Origin: Antechinus flavipes
Taxonomy: Eukaryota
Reading direction: 5' to 3'
Assembly: GCF_016432865.1 (NCBI RefSeq)
Contig: NC_067400.1
Coordinates: 612,436,001 to 612,500,000 of the forward strand
Length of the DNA stretch: 64,000 bases
Shown here: one piece after another, positions 43,701 to 55,700 of the stretch
Layout of the letters: every line of letters begins with the position of its first letter
How positions within the stretch are numbered: the first letter of the stretch is position 1
Translations under genes and position numbers: made by a program
Notes under the pieces: model-generated
Seen by the model: only the letters and a program-made list of their open reading frames with translations
Database searches by the model: none
Told to the model about the DNA's origin: nothing

Positions 43701-46700
43701 TCTGTTTAGAATCACAAGGATCTCAGAATTGGAAGGAGACCAAGACCATCTGGTTCGTCCTATAGCTGAGCAAGAGTTTTGGGTTTTTTTGTTTTTTGTT
43801 TTTTTTTTTTCCCTATGAAAACCCAACCAAGTGGGCATCAAGCCTGTGCTTGCATTTCCCAAGTAGGACAATGCCTAGTTTCTCCAATACAACCAGTTCT
43901 AATTATATCCGACCAAAATCTGCCTCTCTGCAATTTTTTAACTCATTGTGCCCAGTTTGGGCCTCCTAAACCAGACAAAAAAAAGTATAATCCAGGGAGT
44001 TTTAAAATTCAGATGAAGGATGAGGTAAGTATTAGAAATAGAATGAATTTGAGTATGGATTCAACCTAGTATGAAGATGAGAGCTGGGAGCAGAATTGGG
44101 ATTGAGATTGGCTATATTGTTAGGGTTCAGTTTAGGTCTCCTTGACAATGGTGGCCCTCTTCCCACCAACTTTTTCCCTTTTTTCCAATTCATGCTTACC
44201 TTGACGGGTTGGCCACGTTCTAAGACCACGTGGGCCTTGAAGTCCTGGTTACTGAGCCACACCTCCACGTGAGTCACGAAGGAGACTCTCCGGCTGCGGA
44301 AGTTTCTGTTGGTAGCCTCCACTCGGAAAGAAAGGTCCCCAGGTAGAGAGGCTTCCTTACACGTGTGGGTCAATTGATAGGCACAGGTGCCTTGGAAGTG
44401 AGCGACCGCTCCATCAAATGTGAAGTAGTGAGGATCCCCAGTGGCTGTGCAGATGCCCATGGGGCTCTGACAGCCCAGCCGTCCAGCCTGCAGGGCACAC
44501 ATCTCCCCTTCAGGACACTGGGCCAGAGAGCATCGGAACTGACCGGGAGCATCACAGCTGCAGCGGTGGGTACAGTGAGAAAGCCAGACCAACTCTCCAA
44601 CCTAGCAGGAGGAAGTAGGTAAAGGGAAGAGGGGTAGGTTGGGGGAGGGGATGGTGTCACCAGGTCCTGTCCCTCCTAGCTGAAGGAGGCTGGGTGGGGA
44701 TGCGCTTCTTTGTATATATGTGGGGTAGAGACCGACACATGGTGGAGTGGGAAAGGTGCCGGGCCAAAGCTCCCACTTGAATCAGGGTGTGCTGAACAAG
44801 AACAAACTTGAACAGAACTTCTAGACTTCAACAGTCTAGAAGAAAAAATCTAATGGGTATAGGCTCCATATCCCTAGATTCAGGCAGGGGACAAATCACA
44901 GGAATGTTTTAGCTATCTGACACTGAAAGGAAAGACTGGGTCAGATAAACAAAGTCCTACATTACACCGTGAAGACAAAGCCTGTCAAAGGCATGCTGTT
45001 GAAAGGTCGCATACACTGAAACCATAGCCTCAAAAAGGGTTTTTAAAGATAAATTACTGGTTATTCTTGGAAGCAGGCCTGGAATGTTGTGAGACAGCCT
45101 GAACCTGTGAAGACAGCTGTGGCTTCCCTCAGCCTGCCCCTCAGGCTCCTATTAGAGAGCTCCCTTTGCTAGAGGAACATCAGTGTTGGCCCTTGCCTGC
45201 CTCAGTTTCCTCACTTGTAAAATGGAGATTACAATATCTCCTACCTCTCAGGATTGTTGTGAGCATCAGAAGAGAATAGATCCATAAAACACTTTGCAAA
45301 CCCTCACTGCTACATAAATGCTCATTAATATTATCATGGATTGTTGTTGTGTCGTTAAGCAGGGTTTTAGCTCATGTCCTTTGAGTCCAGATGCAGCACT
45401 TCCCCCAGTGTGTCCCACCACCCCTCTATCCCACCTCCTTCTGCCAGTCTGGATATGAGGCCTTTCTCTGGCCGCCATACTGACCTTGTAGTAGCGTCCC
45501 CCATGCTGGCAGCCACACCGATCTGGTGGAACACACCTGTCCCCGCTCCACAGGTAACCATCCAAGCAGGTACAGCCCTCAGAGCAAAGTGGGCCAACAG
45601 GCAGAGGAAGTGGAAGCACAGCACAGGACCGGACCTTGTGGGGGTCTTGACAGAGGTGATAATAGCTGTGTGCGGGACATGCAGGGGCTGGGAAGGGGAA
45701 AAACAGCTTGGAGGTGAGGGAACCCCAACTGGGCCATGGCAAAACCACTTTGGTCGTGGCATCCCCTAGCTCAGAAACTGAGAGTGGTTCACTGGTTCCT
45801 TTCAGATCAAATCCACATCTCTCAAGCTGTGATTCACGGCTATTCGTAACATAACTGCATCCTCTCCGGCTGCTTTTGTTCCCTTTCCTTGTTCAGGAGA
45901 TGAGGTTAAATAGAGATTCCCTCTTTCCTAGCCAGAAGGGTCTTCTCACTACCCCCAGAAATAGGTGCTTCTCTTCACATTTTCAAATCTTTCCTCTCTT
46001 TCAAAGTCTACTATATAAAGACCACCAGGCAGCTAGATGGTACCACAGCTAGAGTGCTAGGTCTGGAGTGTGGAAGGCCTGAGTTCAAATTCAGCTTTAG
46101 ATACTTACTAGCTACGTGACCTTAGGCAAATCACTTAAATCTATTTGCCTCAGTTTCCTCTTCTATAAAATGAGCTGGAGAAAGAAATGGCAGACCCTTC
46201 CAGTATCCAAGAAAACCCCAAGCAGAGCCATGGAAGTTGGATATGACTGAACTAACTGAAAATACACAAAGACTTCCTGTGACTAGCACCACCATAAGCT
46301 CTTCCTTCCAAATCTCCTTAACATTTATGTCCTTCCGATCCCTGTCTGGATGACGTGATGAGCCTTTGACTGATCTGTTGCAATGGAGAAGTGCAGAAAA
46401 GAGTAGCCCGTGAATATAAGTAGAAAGGCTTTCAGTCTGTAGCCCGGGAGAGAATAACCACACATGGGAGGCCATGGACCCTTTGATTAACGGGTACAAA
46501 GAAGTCTTATCTCTACAACAAGATGATAAAGGTTCTGAAGCAGAAGCGCGGGTGCTTTCTTTCCCTTCCCTTTTCCTTGTAATGTTCAACATAAAACAGA
46601 TATTTATAAAGTTGGGAGATGGAATTTTTGTATAAGAAACAGTAAGAAGGTCATTGGGTCAGTGAATTCGTGGGTGAGGTGTAAGGATGTTTGCTGTATC

Positions 46701-49700
46701 CAGGGCCATCTCCAGCCATCCTGATCTCTATGTGGCCATTGGACCAATATGGCTCTAGAGGAGAAAGGGAGGCAGGTGACCTTACACAACCTTCCCTCAC
46801 TTAAATCCAATTGTATCTCATGGCATCATCTCTCTCACGTGATGGTTCTCTTTGAGAACAAAGGACAAACAAGAACAAAAACAACGACGCGGTATGAATA
46901 GAAATAAAAACTTGGTGAATGAGTGAATGAGCCGTGCTCTATCTCAGTGTGCCTCCAGTTGCATTCTCTACCATCTCTGAAAGCCTGAGAGACAAGAAAA
47001 ATATCAGATCTGGCTCTTTTCAAATGTTTTCAGGAAAGGAAAAAAAAACAAAAAACAAAAAGATCTAACACTATTAAACACTGACTTTGGCAATCTCGTT
47101 GGAAACTGCTTGGGGCCGGTTCGATTCAACCAGCCCCGATGTAACACCTGTGCTACACAAGTGTTGCACCATCAGGACTGACTCACCACAGAAGGAGGAA
47201 TTCCTCCAGGGGCCAAGAGTGATATTTGCCCTTTGACAGGCAGCAACATATGTCTGGAGGGAGAGGCAGAGCACGCTGCTGTTGTCCATGGAGAGGCACA
47301 TGTCATTGACACAGCTGGCCACATAAGGCTCTGGGTCGATCTGAGAATGGCAGGCAGAGAATGGTCCCCCGGGATCCTGGAGGATCCAGCATCGGGCTTT
47401 GCCCTGAATAAGCTGCTTTTGTCCCGTGCAGGTTGGGCAGCCGTTACGATCACAATGATCTTCACAGTCCTCAGTTTTCCACTTAGAAGTCAGGTTGTCA
47501 ACAAGTTCCCCCGTTAGGGACTGGAACTCATCCTCACGATTCCAACTAAAGTTCCCACAGAGTCCGCAAGTGTTGCCTTCGTAGTGGGGAGGCAGGGAGA
47601 GGAAGAGACTATAGACCAGATCAGAGCTAAGCGTCAATCCAAAATCTGTCCAAAGTGTCAAGAAGAACCCATCGGGGTACAAGATGATGCCACCAGAATT
47701 GAAGCTTAGTGGGAATTGCAGAGTCTCTCCATTCACCTATGGAAGCAGAGGACAACTCAGAAAATTGGGGTGGAGTATAGTTTCCCTAGAGATAGTGGGA
47801 GGTGGCGATTGGTGAATTTAGATAAATATAGAGGGGCCATTGAGGATTCTTTAATATGGACCTCCCTCAACCCATGGGATAGTGGGAAGTGGAGATTGGT
47901 GAATCTAGGTATATCTAGAGAGAGGGTCCGCTGAGGATTCTTTAATATGGACCTCCCTCAACCCATGGGATAGTGGGAAGTGGAGATTGGTGAATCTAGG
48001 TATATTTAGGTATATCTAGAGAGAAGGTCCACTGAGGATTCTTTAATATGGACCTACCTCAACCCATGGGATAGTGAGAAGTGGAGATTAGTGAATTTAG
48101 GTAAATATAGAGGGGTCATTTAATATGGACCTACCTCAACCTGACCTGAGTTTTTTCTATGAAGATGGATCTTGGTCCCATTGATCAGGATGAGCACCTC
48201 TGAGATTGCAAGTATGTGGGTGTTTGTTCCATACTCCTTTTTGATCTCCACTCTGAAAAAGGGCGAGGGTTCCAAGGAACCACATAACTCAGAAAAGATG
48301 TATTTGCAAGTGCCCGGGAAGTCATAAGTTTTCCCATCAAAGGTGATGTACTGTGATTGTCCTATTATTTGGCAGGTCCTGGGGACAAGCGGGTGACATC
48401 CAAAGATGCCCTTCAGGGTGCCGCACCTCTCCCCGGGTCCACAAGAGGAGTCGGAACAGTGCACCTCGTGGCTGGAGGCATCACAGTGGCAGAAACGCCG
48501 GCAATCCTCCCCTTCCCAGAAGGTCTCCCCGGCCAGGTAGTATCTGCCCTCCGAGGTGCAGCCGCACTGAGCTGGGGGCACACAGTCAGTGCCGCTCAGC
48601 AAGAAGCCCTGATCGCACTGGCAGCCCTCTTGGCAGGGGGTCTGGCATTGATCGGCCAGGGTAGGGTCTGTGCAGGAATTAGGACAAGAAGATCCACAGA
48701 GTTCATAGTGGCTGTGGGTAGGACAGGCCATCTCTGAAAGATAGGTTGGTGGACATTAGAACATGAGAAATGCTCCTGAGATCAGATTTCCCCAAGATCG
48801 GGGGTGGAGGGAGACCTTAAAAGAAAGTTGGGGAAAATGATGTTGGAATTAAAAACAGCTCTGTTTCTTAGAGAAATAAGTCAGTCAACAAGCACGTATT
48901 AAGCACCTACTGTGTGCCAGACATTATGGCCCTGGGGAAACAAACATAAGGCAAGAGACTGGAGCTTACAGCCTAACAGGGAAGACAACAGGCAAACAAC
49001 TATGCAGAAACAAGATCTGTACAGGGTAAATTGGGGATGGCATCAGAGGCAAAGCATTAGCATTAAGGGGCACTAATAATGTCATGAATGACTTTCTGGG
49101 TCCTAGTTTCTTCACCTGTAAAGTGGGAGTTCAGACTACATTCTTCCATTTTTTCGGACTATGAATCTTTAGCTCTATCCCAAAGCTTATCTTGAAAAAC
49201 TCATCCTGGATACATGCAGGAAGCTGTCTAAACTCCAACCTCTTCTTGGGACTTGTTCGAAATTCTAGCCTTTCCAGTTCCAATGGTCTTGTGAAGGAGA
49301 GAACCATCTGCTCTCTGGCATCTGTGGGGCCTGAGTGTGGATCACACCATAGAGTTTTCACTTTTTTTGTTGTTATTTGTTTACATTTTGTTTTCTTTCT
49401 CATTTTTTTTTCCTTTTTGAGCTGATTTTTCTTGTGTAGCATGATAATTGTGGAAATACTCATAGAAGAATTGCACATGTTTAACATATATTGCCATCTA
49501 GGGGAGAGGGAAGGGAGGGAGGGAAAAAAAATTGAAACACAAGGTTTTTCAAGGGTGAATGTTGAAAACCACATAGGCACATTTATTTTGAAAATAAAAA
49601 GCTTTTTAAAAAGATAAACAATTAAAAAATTCTAGCCTTTCCCCTACATTGACTCCTCTACCTATAAAGCAAGTTTTCCTTCGGCTTGTTCTAAATGTAT

Positions 49701-52700
49701 TTCTTCTAACCTCCATGGGAGCCTTCATTCTAGAGGGTGGATTTTGGGGGAAGCATTTGGTTTACACTCAACTTCCCTAGGAAGCTATAATTGCATAAAG
49801 TCAAGTCTATCCACAGCCATTTACTCATCCAGCAGAAGCATCTACCCAAGTCTTTGTGTTCTAGTCATTTCCTGTGGGCTCAGTTGGCACTGAGGATGGG
49901 GATGGGGATGGACTGCCAAGGACTAAGGGCAGAAGCTATCAAGCCTCTGATGCAGTTAAGGTTGGTGCTCAATAGATTCCTAAGCCACTCCTGCTTTCCT
50001 CTGAGGTTCGTGTTACCACAGTGTTTGTTGTCTGACGTGGCTGAGGGTAAAATGAGTGTCCATTCCCTAAGAAACACATGTATTGGCTAAGGAGGATCTG
50101 CCCCTGGGTGTTAAATTGAACCAAACTGAGGAAGTTTTTAAAAATCAGGGGGATTCGATCTGAAAGAGACCTCAGCCGCCGTCTAGTTTGCTCATTTGAC
50201 GAGAAAAGAACTAAGACTCTAGTGATCCCAGTGTCACATGGGCAATGATGGTGAACAGACTTCAGAGTAGAACGCCCCAACTCAGGGCGTTTTCCACTGG
50301 ACCACCATTGAGTGCATTATATGTGTGGCAGATAGAAGGTTGTAATGGACAGAGAACCCTGACCTGCCTGGGGGGTGGAGGCACTAATCTTTCTACAGCA
50401 TACTAGGAGTCAGTAAACATTTATTAAGCTCTTACTGTATGTCAGGCACTGTGCTAAGCAAGGCGGTGGGCAAAGTTCCTTCATTTCTGCACCTCAGTTT
50501 CTGTATTTTCATTAATGGTTTAGAATTAATCTTCCTACTAGAATTTACCAGGGCTCCTCAGATTTCTGACGGGATAATTCTTTACTTTGGCTTATGGTAA
50601 AACTGGCCCAAGAGGGCGTCACTTGGGGGATTTTCTTTACTCTCCTCCTGGCCTGTTTTAATAAGTTCATCAGACCCTGTGTGTGAAAGCACTTGGGAAA
50701 ATGTGACATCACAAGTATATACTGTGATATTATTTAAGGAGGAAATTGGCTTTTATATTTCTTATGCTTTGATGGGTGGGGGTAGAATAGAAAGAAACAG
50801 TGAGAGCCAGAGGGAAAGGAGGAGGGGGCTCTGGGCAGCAGGGGAGAGCAGCGGGAGGGGACTCTGGGAACCGGAGTGAGAACCACTCCTCCTCACTCAC
50901 CACAGCCCACCCGGCGTCTCCAGGTTTGAATGGGGAGTCCATGTTGTTGACATTGCTGGGCAAAGCTGCGGAGCACCTCACACAGGGGTCTCTGCACGCC
51001 CTCTGAGGCACAGAGATCGTGCACACAGTTTTCCACGTGAACTTGAACCTCAGCCACCCCATCACAAGCACGGAACGGCCCATCCCGGTCCGTGAGCAAG
51101 CCGCAGAAATCCTGGGACCGATAGCGCGCCTCTCTTTCCGGGGTGCACCGGGGCATTGGGCCCATGGCAGAGCAGTGGACGGGAGAGTCCGGGTCCTTCC
51201 AGCTCTCTATGAAGGCGTGAGCATCCGGGAGAAGCTTGCCGCCAGGACCTTGGAAGTCGTTCTCCGGATCTCCGTCAAAATCCCCACCCAGACCGCACAG
51301 GGAGCCTGCGTAGGTCTCGGGCACGGTGACGGAGACGTAGTGTTGCCAGTCATAGCGGACCAGGAGCCCGACGTCTGTCCGCAGCACGATCCCTGAGCCG
51401 CTGAAGTAGACGTGCAGACGGCCCCCGGCCAGCAGCAGCGGCAGGTTCCTCTGAGATCCGTTCACCTGGGGCACGGGAAGAGAGTCAGCCCCGCAGTGGA
51501 CCGGTTTCTCCGGAACAGATTAGATTCGCTGCGCGGGGAGTGGGAAGCTGTCCCCCCTCGGACCGGGATGTCTGTTTCCCCGGATCCCGCTGCCCTCTGC
51601 CCACGCTGGCCGTGGGAGGGTGCCATCCCCGACCCAAGCTCCTAGACAGGAAGTCGCCCTGAATGTTAGCAGGAGGACGAACAGGCAGAAGTACACGTGG
51701 GAGCTAACGGGCCCAACCTGCGTGGGAGACCTGGGAAAGGGCCGGAGAAGGGAGGGTGCTCTAGGGGACAGTGGGAAACGTTGCCCTTTGGATGTGGGAG
51801 GAGAGGAAATTAAGTACCGGCCAATGGCCTGGTCCCCGGGCTCCTGCTCCCGCCCCACTCACCTGCACCTTTCCTGGTGCTTTGGCGGCCATCACGATCC
51901 GCTCCCCGTACACTTCCACCCGCACCCGCCGTGTCCAGGCCACGGCCACGGAGCCGAGCTGCTCGTTGTGCACGTGCACAGAGAAGGCGGGGGGCCAGGC
52001 CTGGGAGCCGCAGCTCCGGGTCAGGGTGTAGTGGCAGGCGCCCTGGGCCGTGAAGGCCACGCCGTCGAAGGTGCGGTAGTGGGGGTCCCCTGAGACCCAG
52101 GTGCTCCCGTGGCCTTCCCGGATGCAGCCCCAAGCCCCGTCCTGCACCCTGCACACCTCCCCGGCCTTGCAGGCGTAAGGGCGGCAGCGAACCGGCCACC
52201 CGGGACCCTCACACGAGCACTTCTGCCTGCAGTCGTCGCTGACCGCTTGGGCCCCCAGCGGGAAATAGCTGCCCCGCCGAGAGCAGCCGCACTGAGTCTG
52301 GGGGACGCAGGCCCCGCCGCTGAGGACGTGTCCGCCGTCACAGGCACAGCCCTCCCGACACGGGCCCCTGCAGAACAGCGGGGCCAAGGAGTCCGAGCAG
52401 CTGGCCCCGCAGGGGCTGGCGCAGGCTTCGTAGTGGCTGTTTTCTGGGCAGGACATTTCTGGGGGGCAGAGACAAAGCAGACCCCTGAAAGCCAGCGAGA
52501 CCAGCTGGGGAGAGGAGGAAGCGAGACCCAGAGAGGGAATAATGACTGATCCCAACTAATCCCAGCGGCACTGGGTATTTGTGCGGGGTTGTTGAGGCTT
52601 CCAGTCCGCTGCTCTCTGAAAGGCCTTGAGGATAATTCCTAGCCCGGGTCCCAGGCGCCAGATTGGCTGAGGATGAGGAAGGTGGATGGGGCCTGGCAGC

Positions 52701-55700
52701 CCCTTGACCCCCCGCAGACCCCTCCCTTAGACTATGACATCTCTCCTCACCACAGAAGGCCTGACTCCTCCACGCGCCCACAGGGAGGTTGGCAGCCTGG
52801 CAGCTTCGAGCGTAGGCCGCCAGGGCCTGGCACAGGACATGGGGCGCGCCATCAGCCTGGCACAGCTCCTCAGCACAGCTCTCCACAAAGGGCCTCGGGG
52901 AAAGCGCTCGGACACAGGCACTGAAGGGTCCTGGGGAAGCCTCCAACAGTCCGCAAGTCTCCTGGCCTGTGTACAAGGCCACCCGGCCCGGGGGACAGCT
53001 CGGGGGGCTGGGGCCACATGGCTCAGCTGTCTGCCAGCTGGTCACCAGAAGGGTGGGATCCCCCCGTGGGGGCTCGGCCCCACACAGTCCCTGCATGGTG
53101 CTGCCCAGGCCGGCTGGCACGGTGAGCGTGAGGCGGCCCTCCTGCACCCACAGCTCCAGGCCAAAGTCTGTAGTGAGGTAGGTGGCGAGGCCGCTAACGC
53201 GGGCAGCGAGGCCCCCCTGCAGGAGCTGGATGGGCAGTGGGAAACGGAGACCATTTACCTAGGAGACAGGGAGAGGGAGGGGGGCCTCTCAGCTCTGGCT
53301 GGGGATGGGGCCCAGGGACACAGACACCAGGAGAGCTCGACCCAGGGAACACCAGGATGGGGAGAAGTGAGAGAAAATAGACCTCGAGATACCAGAATGG
53401 CCCAAGAGCTCTCCTGGGTATTGGAGGCCCATCCTCCCCGCCACCCTCCATCTCCTCCATCTCCTACTCACTCCTCCATTTCCTGAACCCTAACCTGATC
53501 CCCATCACACCAGCCCTCCCCACCCCGCCCAGACCCCTACTATCCGGATCACAGAGTTCTAGTTTGCAGGGATTTGAGCCGCCACTAAACCAGCTAATCA
53601 AAAGAAAGATCCACTACCAAGGGCCCCACAAGTGAGCATCCAGCGGAACTTGGAGACCTCCGAGGAAGGGGAGTTCACTCCTTGTGGAGGTAGCCCAGTC
53701 CACTTCTGGACAATAAGGAAGGAGCCGTTTCCTAACCTCAAACCTAATCTCGACCTGCCTCAATTTCCTCATCTGTAAGATGGGAATAATATTAGCACCG
53801 AGCTCCAGGGTTGTTTTGAAATTCAAGAGTTCATCTTTGTAAAGTGTTTTACAAACCTCTAAGAATTTTTATTGTTGTTATTGTTATTATTATTATCTTA
53901 TAATCCTCATACAGCACAGACCTCTGGCCCCTCACCCAGTCGGCTGCCACCCTCTGAATGCTGGCCAACCATGAAACTGTGGCATCCCTAACTAAACACA
54001 GTACTCCTCTGATCAGGTCAGAAAATGGCAGGGCCATGATCTCACTGTTCCTGGAAGCCAGACCCCAATAAACGTAAATCCAGATTAGATTAGATTTCCT
54101 TTCGGCTTAACACTTCCTAACTGTGTGACCCTGGGCAAGTCACTTAACCCCAATTAACCAGCAAAAATAAATAAATAAATTTCCCTGTGGCCCTCTCACC
54201 CTGTTGACTCATAATGAGCCCACAATCCACTTCCCCCTTCCCATTCCCCAGATCTTTATTTGTTGTATGGCTGAGTACTTGTGAAATTGAATTTTTGAAC
54301 CTAAGTGTGAGTTTACATTTACTAAATTTCATCTTATTTGATTTAGCTCAATGTTCTAGCTTAAAGGGTTGGGGAGCTTTATTGTTTCTTGAATATACCC
54401 TGTTTCTAGCATCCAGATCTCCCAAGGGCAGTTTGTGGCTGCCTTCGCAGACAGGGCAGGAGCCACGTGTGGGTCTCCCGATGACTCAGGGCTCCTCGAA
54501 GGCTCTGTTCCATCAGCCTCCCCACAATCCTCCCAACAGACCCGTGTGTGTGACAGCTGCTGGTTGTCTCAGATTGCAAAGCTCACTTTAAGTTGCTGTG
54601 TAAGGATGAGTTATCGTTATTTCAATCTCATATTAGGGGCAGTGTCTCAGAAACACGGAGGCTGGGAGCTGGAAGGGACTATCCGGTGCTATCCGGTCAA
54701 GCCTAGGCCTGAATGGGAACAGCTGATGACTGACCCACCAGGATGTGAAAACTCCCATCGAGGGGACCCCCAGCTACCTCCTAATGAGCTTTTTCAGGCC
54801 CCCTCCTTCTTCCACAGCCCCCAAGCTGGACTCACCAGCACGTGACCCGCTGTCCCATTGGGGACCACGATCTCCTGGCCATGGGCCAGCAGCCACAGCT
54901 GGAACCTCGGCCGCTGACTCGTCCCCCTGCTCTCCACCTTGACTTGGAAGCCAGTCCCATTGCCGGAGCCCTGGGCCAGGACGTATGTACAGGGCTGGAG
55001 GCGCAGCAGACGCCCGGAGAATGTCCGCAGGTGCCCACTGGGCCCCAGATGGCAGGAGGGCCCCAGGCGGGCCTGGCAGTAGTAGAAGGGGTAGGAGGCA
55101 CGGCACTGCCCTTCTGCCTGGCATGGCCCCGGCTGGCACTGAACTTTCTGGTCAGCCTGGCACTGGCACTGGTGTTCACAAGTACTGGTATTCCAGAAGG
55201 TGGCACCAATGGGCAAGAATTGGGCTGAAGAAAGGCAGCAGGTGAAGGCACTGGGACATGTGGGTCCCTGAGGGCAACGGGGATGGGGCACTGGGCAATG
55301 GTGGTCTTAGGACAGGCATGGAGAACCAACCTCCTGGGTTCCTGAGAAAAATGGGGATAGGGGAGCATGGGCTGAGCGGGCTGGAGCCCGGGGCGACTCA
55401 CCCTTGTAGATGCAGCCATTTGGGACCGTGAACTTGTCTGTCCGGAAAGCCCACAGGCCCGGAATCCCCACGTTGCTGGTGGAGGATATATGGATGATGG
55501 CGGATGTCCGAGAGCCGGGGAGGCTGAAATAATCCTGAGCCGTGCCACTGTTGAAGCCAGCCTGGGGGAGTGACCCAGGTGAGGGTCACCCAGATGAGAG
55601 CATGAATTGGGGCTAAATACTCCCCAGCTGCAGGTCCCCACTCCTGCGGCCCCATAGCTCCCCATCCCCCACTCAATCCCTGGACCTCCACCTGGGCCGG

